Of a stretch of 64,000 nucleotides of DNA, positions 25,002 to 37,300 are shown piece after piece. Position 1 is the first letter of the stretch, and every line of letters starts with the position of its first letter. The position numbers and the translations under genes were made by a program. The notes beneath the pieces were generated by a model. That model saw only the letters and a list, made by a program, of their open reading frames with translations. It made no database searches and was not told the origin of the DNA. Source of the stretch: Octopus vulgaris. Lineage: Eukaryota. The stretch spans positions 88,846,001 to 88,910,000 of the forward strand of contig OX597822.1 of NCBI GenBank assembly GCA_951406725.2, given 5' to 3'.

Positions 25002-25319
25002 AACCCTAAACTCTAAGCCCTAAACACCAGGTGTGCATATTCTTTACTTTTTCCAATTTACTTTAATAATATAATTTTCTGTTAGTAAATGATTTTCTCT
25101 TACACAAACCCGCAACAATTTTGATTTTGAAGTATTTAAAAAATTATTTGGAAATTATAAAGAGAAATGAATGGCAGAATCAGTGTCCCTATTTTATCTC
25201 CACCCCACCAAAAATAAAAATAAAAAAAACAGTGGAAAGTTTGGTAAATTTACCCAAAGTTTTAGAACTAGGGGGAATATTAAAAAAAATTATTGGATAA
25301 TTTGCGCCCTTACTGCCAC

Positions 25320-26057
25320 TTTTTTTTTTCCAAAAATTTTTTCGAATTTCTATATTTTCAATATAAGAGATTAGGATGTTGCCTCAGAAACACGTTTTCA
25401 AAATTTTTATTTCCCTCTCCCCACACCATTTTTTAAATTTTAAACTTTTTTTGAATTTTTTTATTGTAGTCTACGTACAAAAATGCAGAGATTACGAATC
25501 TTTAAGAATTTTAAAAAATATTCTTTTTAAAGAAACACTCAAATCCCCTTCCCCAGCCTCCATTACCCATCACCTCCCCACTTTCAAAAAGCTAAAGACT
25601 CTGAATGTTTCACTTTTAGCTTTTTAGGAAGCAGGGAAGTTTTTCCAGAAACAATGGCGTTCACCTGTTGTTTTTAGCATATTGGGTTTTCTGATGGTGC
25701 TCTGATATTTTTTACGTCTGCTATTTCAGTAGGATTCTACAACGCATGAAACATCAGACGAAAACAAAACATTCTGAGTTAATAGTTCTTTGAAAGCGGG
25801 GAGGTGATGGGTGGGTGAGGTGGAGAAAGGGACAGTGAGTTTTTCTTAAAGTAAAATTAAAAGCAAAAAAAAAAAAAAAATTCCCTAGATTCGTAATCTG
25901 TATTTTTCTACGTGAATTTAAAAAAAAAAAACATTCGAAAAAGTTTTAAAAATCAATTTGGGTGGAGGAAATAAAAATTTTGAAAACGTGAATTTTGGTC
26001 AAAATCGTATTCTCCTATATCGAAAACAGACATTCCAAAAAATTTTTGAAAAAAAAA
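25320..26057. repeat. Degenerate ~300-bp-arm foldback element upstream of ABI
   Basis: 25320-25615 mirrors 25767-26057 (cacgttttcaaaatttttatttcc/ggaaataaaaattttgaaaacgtg; gattacgaatct/agattcgtaatc; acccatcacctcccc/ggggaggtgatgggt). Confidence 0.8.
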
Positions 26058-26099
26058 CCCCCTGGAAATGGATAGTGCACACACGTTCTTTACCTTCAC

Positions 26100-26235
26100 C
26101 GACGATAACTACGATGACAGTAATGATGATAATAACAATTATGCTGCTGCTGATGATGATAATGATGAAGATGATGAGGCTAACGATGACGATAACGACG
26201 CTAACAACTACTACTGCCAGTGATGACGACGATGG
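26100..26235. repeat. Imperfect (GAT/GAC/AAC)n trinucleotide tract
   Basis: Directly visible. Confidence 0.85.
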
Positions 26236-26443
26236 CATCTACGGTATTGCAATCACGCCTACCTCGACAGCTCTGATTTGCTGTATTAAAATATTTCTTT
26301 CATCACGAAAGTTAAAAATATATACAGACATAACATAAATATATTTTTCTATTGTTGTTATCCTTTTATAAAAGAGAAAGTAATTGGCGACGAGAGTTGA
26401 AGAGTTGGTGATTGCAGTGACAAGGGGGGGTAATGCAAGCTGA

Positions 26444-26674
<231 letters not shown>

Positions 26675-29600
26675 TGAAGAGCCCAACTTCCATAATTTGT
26701 TTCTTCGTTTCTGAAATGATTCTATTTATTTACACATTTAGTTTACAGAATAGTGTTTCTTAACTTGTAATTATTGTTCTGATAATTGAAAACTTTATTA
26801 AAATGATTCCAAATGGTAATAAATTACTATTTTAATCACTAGTGTATGACCCAATTCTGCCATTCTAGTTAGCAATCGCGAGTTCTTTACACCGCCTACA
26901 CTGGTTATTTCTTTATTTTTAATATTACTGTTAACAATACAGAAACAAATTCATTTATGTATGATTTACAATATTACATATGTGAGTTCCTTGTTTTAGA
27001 AAATTTATTTCGTAGCTTGAGATTTTTATGTGTGAGGAGTTTGCACTGTCTCCTCAGTTGTTCACTATTTTCAATTTAGGCGTAAACAATCAAAATGGGA
27101 CGGATGCTAGTTAAGTGTTTGACATTATTCATCATTCTTGTGTTCATAACTTTAGCTTTAATCTTCATATTAAGTTTCCCAATTTCCCAGTTAACAATAT
27201 TCCCACGTTTGTCATTGTCTTTTCATATAATTCTTTGCTCTTTTGTAATGTTAATATTTTATCCATTTCCATCCTGATATCACTGAAATCGTTTTAAATT
27301 TATATTTTTTGATTTTAATAGAACTATTTTCTTTTATGTTTTCCTATTTGCCCGCAAACAACCCATACCTAGAACTAACGGTAAAATCGCTTTAATGGTT
27401 TGTTTTCCCAAAATTTTATTGGTAAAAGCAATTTGTTTGAATTTATTAATTACCATTCACAGTTTATTATTTGTACCCTATCCAGAATTGTAAGCTGATA
27501 ATTTTAGCATATTCAAATTAGGATTTACTATATCTATCAGAGCAAAACACTTTCCGTTCGAATATTGTGCTTTAATTCTCCAATGAGTGTTTCCATATCC
27601 TGTGTGAAAATACCAAATATTTATTTTACATGTTTCTTTTTTACTGACCAAGCTCGACGCTAGATTTTCGAAACTTCCAAGAATTAGCGAATATGGTGTC
27701 AGCTTGTTATTCCTCAAAAATTGAAAATTATATTAGATTACTGCAACAAGTCATGTTAATTTGAGATAATGTTGAATTGTAATTATAATTGTCCTGTAAG
27801 TTGTTCATCCACCTACGTATGTCACCAGTTGCGTGTGATTATTGTCTACTGTTAACGTGAAAGCGAGTGAGGTTGGGGAATGATACAAACAATCTGATAT
27901 ATGTTGAGGTGTCTAATAAATCTTTTGTTTGCAGTGTAGTAGAGTAAGAGACAAAAGAAGCTCACTCTATTATTAGCCACACAAGGTGTTACAGATTGTC
28001 TGGTCACTTTGTAACCACGTGAAAGTGTTATGTAGTTGAAATTCTTGATTGTCATCATTTATTTGGCATTCAAATTGTTGAAATTGTCTTTCCTCTCAAC
28101 AGACGCGAATTTTGTTCGTAGCAAGTAGTTAGGGTTAGTTGTGCGGAGATGCATAAACATAAATACTGGGAAAGCTAGAAAAAATGTTCTAATTTTTATT
28201 CTTTGCAACCCCAAAAGCCAATCATTTCAACTTAGTGATTCCGTCAAACCATTGATGACTTGTATAAAGCCTCTACTATATATTTATATACAATGTTTTT
28301 GTTTAGATTATCGTAATGATAGTACCCCAGCCATATCTACCTTTATTACTAATGTACGTTCAATAGATCGATAAATGAGAAGTTGCAGATGTAATGGCTG
28401 AGTGATCAAATCACATTGCTCATCTCAGTAACTCCAGTTAAACATATATAGTACTATTATTAATTTTATATAGAATAAATGACAGTAGAAGCAGTTGAAA
28501 CACATGACATCAGCGATTCTTGAAAATGTACCAATTGGCAGGTTTATCCAACCCATGCAAACATGAAAAATTGAATCTAAAACTATAATATAATCTTGGT
28601 ATCCAGTCTCCATATTGATAAAATGTTGGTTAGGTTTGCAACACAGATTCCCTTCACACGTTTTGATCTATTATATTATTGCAAAAAGTTTTGACTTTAA
28701 TTCCTAATTTCTTACTGGATATCATTCACATGCACAGTGATGGTGATTTCCTGAATTAACATTGACTCATGAATCATAAAGTCCCCCCACACACACTTTC
28801 CTTTAAATGATATTAGTTCTATAGTGATGAATTTACATAATGGGATTGCATGTTTTGTTTAGCCTTAGATCTACTCTGATTTGACCTATAATCATCTCAT
28901 CTTTTTTTAGACCTAGTATATCTATAACTACACTATCCAAAGTGTCCTTCCTCATTTAAAATGATATTTGACTGGTCTTTATTATAGGCTGAGTGTACAT
29001 GTTATGCATGTAATCTTTGTTACTTGAGAACTGCTGGTGGCACACACACACAAAAAAACCCCACTCAGTATATGCTGTAAAGTGGTTGGCATAAGGGAGA
29101 GCATCGAGCTATAGAAACTATGCCAAAACATGTACAGTATCATGGTGCAGCCCTTGGACCCATCAGATCCTGTCAAACCATCCAACTTATGCCACCATGG
29201 AACATAGACATCAAATTATAGTAATAATTGTGTGATGATACTGCTGAATATAACTATAATCATACTTATAAGATCTGACAGCAGTAACTGGAAACCATTA
29301 TGTGTAGCTAAATTTAACTATGGATAAGGTTTTCCTATGTTTACAATAATTCTCTCGGAAGCAATAAGGAAAGTTAAAGGTCCATTGTAGATAACAGAAG
29401 CTAAACATATATTAATAATTATTTAATAAGGAGGTGAGAGGGGGTGGGGAATATTAGCTCAGTGACTAGCTGTGTAAACTGCTATGAGGGTAAAAGTAAT
29501 GCTCTGCAGATGAGTAATTCCAATTATAGAGGCTTTGGCTCACAAGTCATGTGAGAAATTGATTAGTAAAGTTAGAAGATAGGATTAGTTTGGATAAGAT

Positions 29601-29710
29601 GTAGTTTGGGTTGTTATTTAATCTGAAGTCAGTACTGGTTGAGTAGATCTGTGATGACACACATCTCTGTCATGACTATCCCATCTTTTTTCAATAGTGA
29701 TACTCCAAAT

Positions 29711-29960
29711 CAGTGGTTCTTTACCATTTTTTACCTATGGACCACTTTGATTCCTATTCTACTCTACTGGACCTCCATAGCCATTTGCTGTATATAAAAA
29801 AATTCTACAATATTTTTTTAGTTAAATATTATTAGGAATTGTATAAAAAATTGAGCTATTTTGTTTACTGTAGAAGTATAACCAATTTATTGCACATAAA
29901 TTTTAACAACAAAATCATATGTGGATTCCCAAGGGTCATATGGGCCTTGTAAACAATATT
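29711..29960. mobile_element. hAT-type MITE remnant
   Basis: CAGTGGTTCTTTACC terminus. Confidence 0.45.
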
Positions 29961-30004
29961 TTGGGTGGAAGTCTTTGCGACTGAGCAGCCTTATTCAAGA
30001 AGGG

Positions 30005-31570
30005 CCAAGGTTCAGTCCTCAGCCCCCTCCTATTTATCATAGTCCTCCAGGCAATAACAGAGGAATTCAAGACAGGATGCCCCTGGGAGCTCCTCTATGC
30101 TGATGACCTTGCTCTAATTTCTGAGTCACTATCAGAACTAGAGAAGTTTCAGGTGTGGAAGCAAGGATTAGAATCAAAGGGCCTTAGAGTCATCCTAGCT
30201 AAAACCAAAGTCCTAATAAGTAGGAAGGTAGTCAAAACCACAAACCCCTTCAGGTAGATGACTCTGCTTGATCTGTAGAAAAGGCGTAGGTAGAAACTCC
30301 ATAAGAAGTACCCAGTGTAAGCTATGGACACATAAGAGGTGCAGCAATATCAAAGGAAGGCTAATTAGGAAGATAGTTTTTATATGTAGTAGATGCTCAG
30401 GAGCAATAAACACTGAAAATGTACAGAGAACAACTTCTGCCACAATCCAGGGAGAAAAACTAGAAGTAGTTGATAGCTTCCGTTACCTAGGTGACCAAGT
30501 CAGTAGCAGGGAAGGGTGCGCTGAAAGTGTAACTGCTAGAATAAGAATAGCCTGGGCAAAGTTCAGAGAGTTCTTACCTCTTCTGGTAACAAAGAGCCTC
30601 TCGCTCAGAGTAAAAGGCAGACTGTATGATGCATATGTACAAACAGCCATGCTACATAGCAGTGAAACATGGGCCGTGACTGCTGAGGACATGCATAAGC
30701 TCGCAAGGAATGAAGCCAGTATGCTCCGATGGATGTGTAATGTCAGTGTACATACGCAACAGAGTGTAAATACTTTGAGAGAAAAGTTGGGCCTAAGAAG
30801 CATCAGTTGTGGTGTGCAAGAGAGATGATTGCGCTGGTATGGTCATGTGGCGAGAATGGATGAGGATAGCTGTGTGAAAATGTGCCACACCCTAGCAGCT
30901 GAGGAAACCTGTGGAAGAGGTAGACTCAGGAAAACCTGGGATGAGGTGGTGAAGCATGACGTTCGAACATTAGGCCTCACCAAGGCAATGACTAGAGACC
31001 AAGGCCTTTGGAAATATGCAGTGCATAAGACCTGGCAAGACAAGTGAGACCATAACCTGTGGCCTTTACCAGGGGTGTAGCCATCCCACTTACACGTACC
31101 TTTCCTTCTTTGGACACAAAACTCTGCTTGCGAAGACCTGTTGGGGCAAGTGAAATTGAACCAAATTTGATGACTGACACCTGTGTCAGTGGAGCGCTAA
31201 CAGCTCCATCCAAGCAGGATCAATGCCAGAGCAGCTGTCTGGTTTCTGTGCTGGTGGCACGTAAAAAGCACCATTTGAACATCATTGTTACCAGCACTGC
31301 CTTACTGGCACTTGTGCCAGTGCTGCTGGACTGACTCCTGTGCAGGTGGCACATAAAAAACACAATTTGAACGTGGCCATTGCCAGTGGCACGTAAAAGC
31401 ACCCACTACACTCTCGGAGTGGTTGGCATTAGGAAGGGCATCCAACTGTAGAAACTGCCAGATCAGATTGGAGCCTGGTGCAGCCATCTGGTTTGCCTGT
31501 CCTCAGTCAAATCGTCCAACCCATGCTAGCATGGAAAGTGGACGTTAAATGAGGATGATGATGATGATGA
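30005..31570 (+). mobile_element. 5'-truncated RTE LINE
   Basis: QGSVLSP, LLYADD, PHD-like Cys cluster, EVVDSFRYLG, 3'UTR and (GAT)n tail. Confidence 0.92.
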
Positions 31571-31714
31571 CTGCACGCTAGTTACTAGTTGGGGGTTGAA
31601 AAAGGTGTTTCAAGCATCACCTACCCAACAAGCTGATCAATTTACTGCATCTGATGACTTTCAGTTCAGTGGGAGCTACAGTTACAAAAAAGTAAATGTA
31701 AAAGCAAACCAGTA

Positions 31715-31774
31715 TAAGATATATCAAGAGATGTTAAGATACATCAAGAGATGTTAAGATACATCAAGAGATGT
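31715..31774. repeat. 3 x 20-bp tandem repeat
   Basis: taagatacatcaagagatgt repeated three times. Confidence 0.9.
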
Positions 31775-31859
31775 ACTATTGAAATGAGTCAACCTTGTTG
31801 GATCATAAAAAATTCAGCAGACTCTATCATTGTGCTGCTTTTGTTGTGGTAAAGCTTGA

Positions 31860-32240
31860 CTGATACAAGATAGATATTGCTGCTCTTTCTGAGATGTAAG
31901 TGGTTGGAGGAAGTTCAACTAATTGAATTAGATTGTAGCTACTGTTAGTTTTAGGTTGGCAAACCAAGAGATAAGAAGCAAAAGGGGAGCATTCATTTTG
32001 TGATCAGGAATATCCTCACTATCAGACTAGCTGCCATCCAATGTGACTGATAGTATTGTTAAATTCCACCTACCACTGTCTGGTGGTGTCATGTGACTTT
32101 CTTCTCTGTATATGCACCAACTCTTCATTCAATAGAAGAAACTTGTATCTCTTTCCTATGAGAATTTTAGAAATGACTTCTGTACTAACTGGTGACAAAA
32201 TCTACCTGTATGTTGACTTTAATGCCAGGTTGGGTTGTAA
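31860..32240 (+). mobile_element. Degraded RTE-type AP-endonuclease remnant
   Basis: YKIDIAALSE and VDFNARLG motifs. Confidence 0.55.
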
Positions 32241-32453
32241 CTGCATTTTGTGATTTTATATATATATATATATATATATTTCGTTTTTGGATTTGGTTTG
32301 CAAGATTCTTTATGTGAGTTCGTGTGTTGAAGCATATTCTGTTGTGTCTGGGGAGAGTCAGAGGAAAATATAAATAAGAAAAAATTGGAGATTTTACCGG
32401 TGAGTGTTATATTATAAGGCACAAAAAGAAAATGACTCTCCCCAGACACAACA

Positions 32454-32506
<53 letters not shown>

Positions 32507-32507
<1 letters not shown>

Positions 32508-32874
32508 TAGCACTATGACCCGGCGATGCCGGGTCATACTGCTGGTGCATGCATATACAGCTGCGTGCATGCGCACATACACGTGAGTACTGTCCAAATC
32601 TCCGACCAATCACATACAGCTAGCTGGCATTCAGTTGGCGTATCAAGTTTCGGGCATGTTGATTGGGTTTTGGATAGAAAATTCACAAAAAAAGTCACTT
32701 CTATTGATTTTTTAACCGCTTTGCGTGGTGACTGGGGAAATGTAAAGATGTGCACAACCACACTTGGACGGTTTTGAATGACCATAGAAAGGGCAAGCCC
32801 TCTAACTGAAAAATTGTGGATTTGTATAAAGGACACACACACACAGACATTTTGCCGTTTACATATATATTAGA
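32507..32874 (-). mobile_element. Non-autonomous Helitron (same family as 14913-15318)
   Basis: High identity to 14913-15318; CTAG/hairpin end. Confidence 0.8.
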
Positions 32875-33094
32875 TATCATCATCATCATCATCATTTAAC
32901 GAGCGTTTTCCATGCTAGCATGGGTTGAACGGTTTTGACTGAGGGATGGCAACCAGATGGCTGCACCAGGCTCCAGTCTTGATCTGGCAGAATTTCTACA
33001 GCTGAATGCCCTTCCTAACGCCAACCACTCCGAGAGTGTAGTGGGTGCTCTGGGAGTGGTTGGCGTTAGGAAGGGCATCCATATATATAGATAT

Positions 33095-33127
<33 letters not shown>

Positions 33128-33154
33128 TAGATATAGATATATTTAAATTGATGC

Positions 33155-33194
<40 letters not shown>

Positions 33195-33454
33195 TGATAT
33201 TATGTTTTATGTTTTCCAGTTTCAGCTCTTGAGCTGTGGCCATGGTATATATGTATAAATATATATAAATATATATGTATAAATATATATATATAAATTA
33301 GAAAAAAAACACCTTTTATCAATTCAAAATGAACAATTAAATTACACCATCTAGAAAATTACATAAATAGAAATATTAAATAGAAAATAACAATAATATA
33401 CCAATGATTACATAATGTGCAAAATAATAAATAAAACATATATATTTGGTAGAA

Positions 33455-33558
33455 TAACGACACGTGTTTCGTGGCTATATTTAAGAAATGATTATAGTAA
33501 AAAAATTGATAGTGGTAGTAAAATCACTTCTATATAAATATAGCCACTCATTAGGTTA
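33455..33558 (-). ncRNA. Type I hammerhead ribozyme motif, G5A-damaged
   Basis: Minus strand: taac-CTAATGA-gtggctatattta...taaatatagccac-GAAA-cacgtg-TC-gtta (13-bp stem II, palindromic stem III). Confidence 0.8.
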
Positions 33559-34174
33559 AAAATAAACTACAATTATAAAATAATTAATTAATAAATATAC
33601 TTAAATAATCTTTTAAATTATAGATATATTCTTTAAAATATATATATATAAGATACTAAATATACATTAAGTGAAAACTAAATACAATACTTAAATTATA
33701 CAATACTTTAAAATTAATTAATATACACAATGCTAGTACAAGCCATTATTATTGGAATCAAAATAAGAAATGATTCAAACATAGACACAATCCTTAAATA
33801 AACTAACTATATAATTAATATATATGTGTAGTTTCTATAGATTTAATATATCACTCAATAATATAGTTGACCAAAATATCAATTAATATAAAAACTAATT
33901 TACTTAAATTTAATCCTATTTAATAAATATAGCACCTAATTTATTACATAATATATTGTCTAACAAAATTAATTCTCAAATTAAATGTAATACGTTAGAT
34001 CCCTTTATAAAAATAATAATAAATCATTCTAAATAAATAGATATAATAATTAATAACTATCATAACTTATAACTATCAATATATATATAAAAATGATATA
34101 ATGGCGAAAATTAATTACTAATTAGTATAATTATACTAATGTGTCCTTCAAATTTAATTAAATTCTATGTTTTT

Positions 34175-34263
34175 ATGCAGCTGAAGATTGCTCTACATTT
34201 TAAATTGATGTAATGTTTGCATTGTTCAATTAAATGAAGTCACATGAAACAATCGTACTGCAT
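34175..34263 (+). ncRNA. Type I hammerhead ribozyme motif, stems II/III degraded
   Basis: atgcag-CTGAAGA-...-GAAA-caatcg-TA-ctgcat. A 3' half copy at ~10254-10271 keeps the palindrome GAAA-cgatcg-TA-ctgcat. Confidence 0.75.
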
Positions 34264-34293
34264 TACCTCTGGATATCCTTGTTGCTTATTTTG

Positions 34294-34347
<54 letters not shown>

Positions 34348-37300
34348 GCTGACTGGAGATTGAGACCCATTTTATTTATGATTGAATTTTATTTGTTCAA
34401 CTATGTTGGTTGTTGTTTATGTAATTATTTTTATACTTTACCTCTGACATAGACTACTTTTTCTAAAATTCTTCACTATTTACACATGTATATATATGTG
34501 TGTGTGTGCATGCATATGCACGCTTAAAGCGTATATGTGTGTGTGATTTAATTGCCAATCTTTATCTTCTCTGAGGTATTTTTGTAAGTCTAATTCCTCT
34601 GATTACACACTTTCTGTTTTAACAACTTTTAATCATATTTCATTGTTGCATGGTTATAATTCTTCATTCTTTCTTTGGTATTGCTGCGTTATTTACTGTC
34701 AGTGAAATTTGAGCTGTTAGGTAGCTGCATAGTGTGTTTGCTAAAGCAAGCACCCTGACGTATTTTACACCAACTTCTAAACAGCTTACAATTTACTGAT
34801 TGCAGTAACGTTACAAAGTGGCTGTAAGGAAAATGTAATACTCTTTGATTAGGTCCTCTCCAGCTCTTCTTTTCTATAATCTATGAACAAATATTTGTTG
34901 TAGAAGAATCGTTAATTGTTCTTAGCCTAAAATATACAATGTGCAGGCTTGGCTATATGGTTACAGAGTTTGCTTCACAACCACATGGTTTCAGGTTCAG
35001 TCTCTCTGCATAGTACCTTGATCAATTGTTTCCTACTTAAGCCTCTGGCCAATCAAAGACTTGAGTAGATCTGGTGGAGAGCAACTGAAAGGAAATTATT
35101 GTGTGTGTGTGTGTGTGTGTATGTATATGTGTGTGCATATATAACATATTCGTATAAATGTACGTTTGTGTGTGTGATGAGTATGTATGTGTCTTTTTTG
35201 TCTTGCTTGCCTTTGCCTGATAGTTGTAAATGTCTGTCACTGTCATACAAGTATTGTCATTAATCTCCAAATTCAGTGAAAATTTGTCTGACCATGGGGA
35301 TATATTCCTTTCTTGGAAAGAGGTTAAAGTTGTCTACAGGTAGAGCATCTTGCCAAAGAAAATCTTTCTCAATAAAACTCCATTTGATTCATGTAAGTAT
35401 AGAAGACAGGACATTGAAAAACTACAAGAAATATGGACAAAAATTGAATCTTGCACAGTAGCGATCTCAATAGAATCGACTTCCATGATGATATCTATAT
35501 TTTCTGATCCCTTATTTTTCTTTTTAACTAGCCAGTCTATTGAGCAGTGTTGATTTTTGTCTCCAGCTCATAAAGCAAAACTTCTAAAATAAATGGAGAA
35601 AAACTGAAGTGTTGCTATGGTATAATGGTTGGCTCACCCCATTATCTTTTCAGGTGTGGGTTCATCTCTCATTTGTTCAAGCAAATGTTTTCTTTTTTCA
35701 GCCACTATTCTACATGTTATTATTTATAGCTTTATCTACTCAGTTTTCCACCATAAAACAAACAGAAAAAAAGTAATTTACTGAAATTTCTTAGTAAATA
35801 TATTTTTAAGGACCCAGTACATCTAGCTATAAATAGGTATGTACCTTGCAGGTACTGGTATAGCCAACAAAGACATTATATAATTGATGTTATGCTTCAG
35901 TGTTGATTTCAAACCTTTCCATTGACTTGAGAAATAGGAAGAATATGAAGAATCACTCCAGTGTAATGTTCCTTGCTTCACCTCCAAGAGATGAAGTATT
36001 CAGTGATGTCCCCCACCTCTCTTCAGCAAAGCTAATTATTTATGCTATGTAGTTACGATTTTGATGGAACCATTTTTATACTTAGGAAATAACATTGTGA
36101 GAACTTATCAGGCATTGTTCCCACTTTACTCTTTGTTAGAGATATTTTAGTTAAAATGAATTGATGTAATTTTTTCATTCATGTTCACTGATGCATATAT
36201 CATATACACAAAGGTACACAAATTTTATTTGGAAATATATTTATTTCAAATCATTATCGTTAATGAAAATTAAACTAAAAACATTTTGTGATTGCTTGGC
36301 AAGCTGTAGGTATATTGTTCAGCTCTTCCAGTAGGTCTGTTTCAGTATTTACAATGTCTATCATTATTGTATGCTTTTATTATTTTCTATTTGGAGTTCA
36401 AATTCCACCAAGATTTATTTTATATTTCATCCCCCTGGATCAGTAAAATAACTTCAACTGATTTGTATCAGAGTACAAAAATCCTACTCATCATATTCAC
36501 ATAAAATATCTAAATTTTTATTGTAAAGCTATAATTATTATAATCTTCACCTTATTTATGGAAAAATGATGACCAGTTAATTTGCATTTTTTAATTAATT
36601 AATTGTCTGGGAGATAATTTTGGTGTTTTACAGTTATAGCTAAAGCGTTCTCTTTTGGAATTTTGTGATGAAATATTTCATATAAAGAAAATATGTTAAC
36701 TCTTTCGATACCAAATCACACAAGACTGGCATGGTTTTATCATGCTAACTTGTTATAAAATTGCTGGATATGATCTTCATGTTAGTACCACTAATTCTGA
36801 AGAAAGCATCTATTTTAAAAGCCTGATGATGTAAAGATGAGACATATTTCATTAGCTAGTTTAACACTTAGTTCATGGCTGCCTTTATCACAGTCCACTT
36901 TAACCCTTTAGTGTTCAGATTAATCTATCAAATGTAATGCTTATTTGTTCACATTATTTCGAATTATTCAGGTTCAAGAGGGGTGTCCACAATATTTGCT
37001 TATGATTTCACCTTTTTACATACAGATTTGAAATTTTGTCAGTTGGTGCTTATATACCAGTGGTATATAGTTATGTAATTTTAGCTAATCTTTCTGACTA
37101 AATTTGACTTTTATGGGTAGGTAAATTGAGGTGTAAAAGCAATAACATTATGGATAAACACTAAAATTGAAATTCTTAATGCTTCTTACCTGTTTGATTT
37201 GTTACTAAAAGTATCCCGGATGTCAACTGCCAACAATTTTGCCATTTTTCAAGATGGGAGGTATATGCGCGGTCGTGGATATGTACGTATGTTTGTGTAT

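Noticed and set aside
25000-25170. Extension of the ASTE1 inverted duplication to match 3400-3565
   Set aside because: The shared part is a repeat element and flanking similarity is weak AT-rich matching; needs a real alignment.
25958-26338. 126-aa ORF upstream of ABI
   Set aside because: Made of a foldback arm plus a trinucleotide tract.
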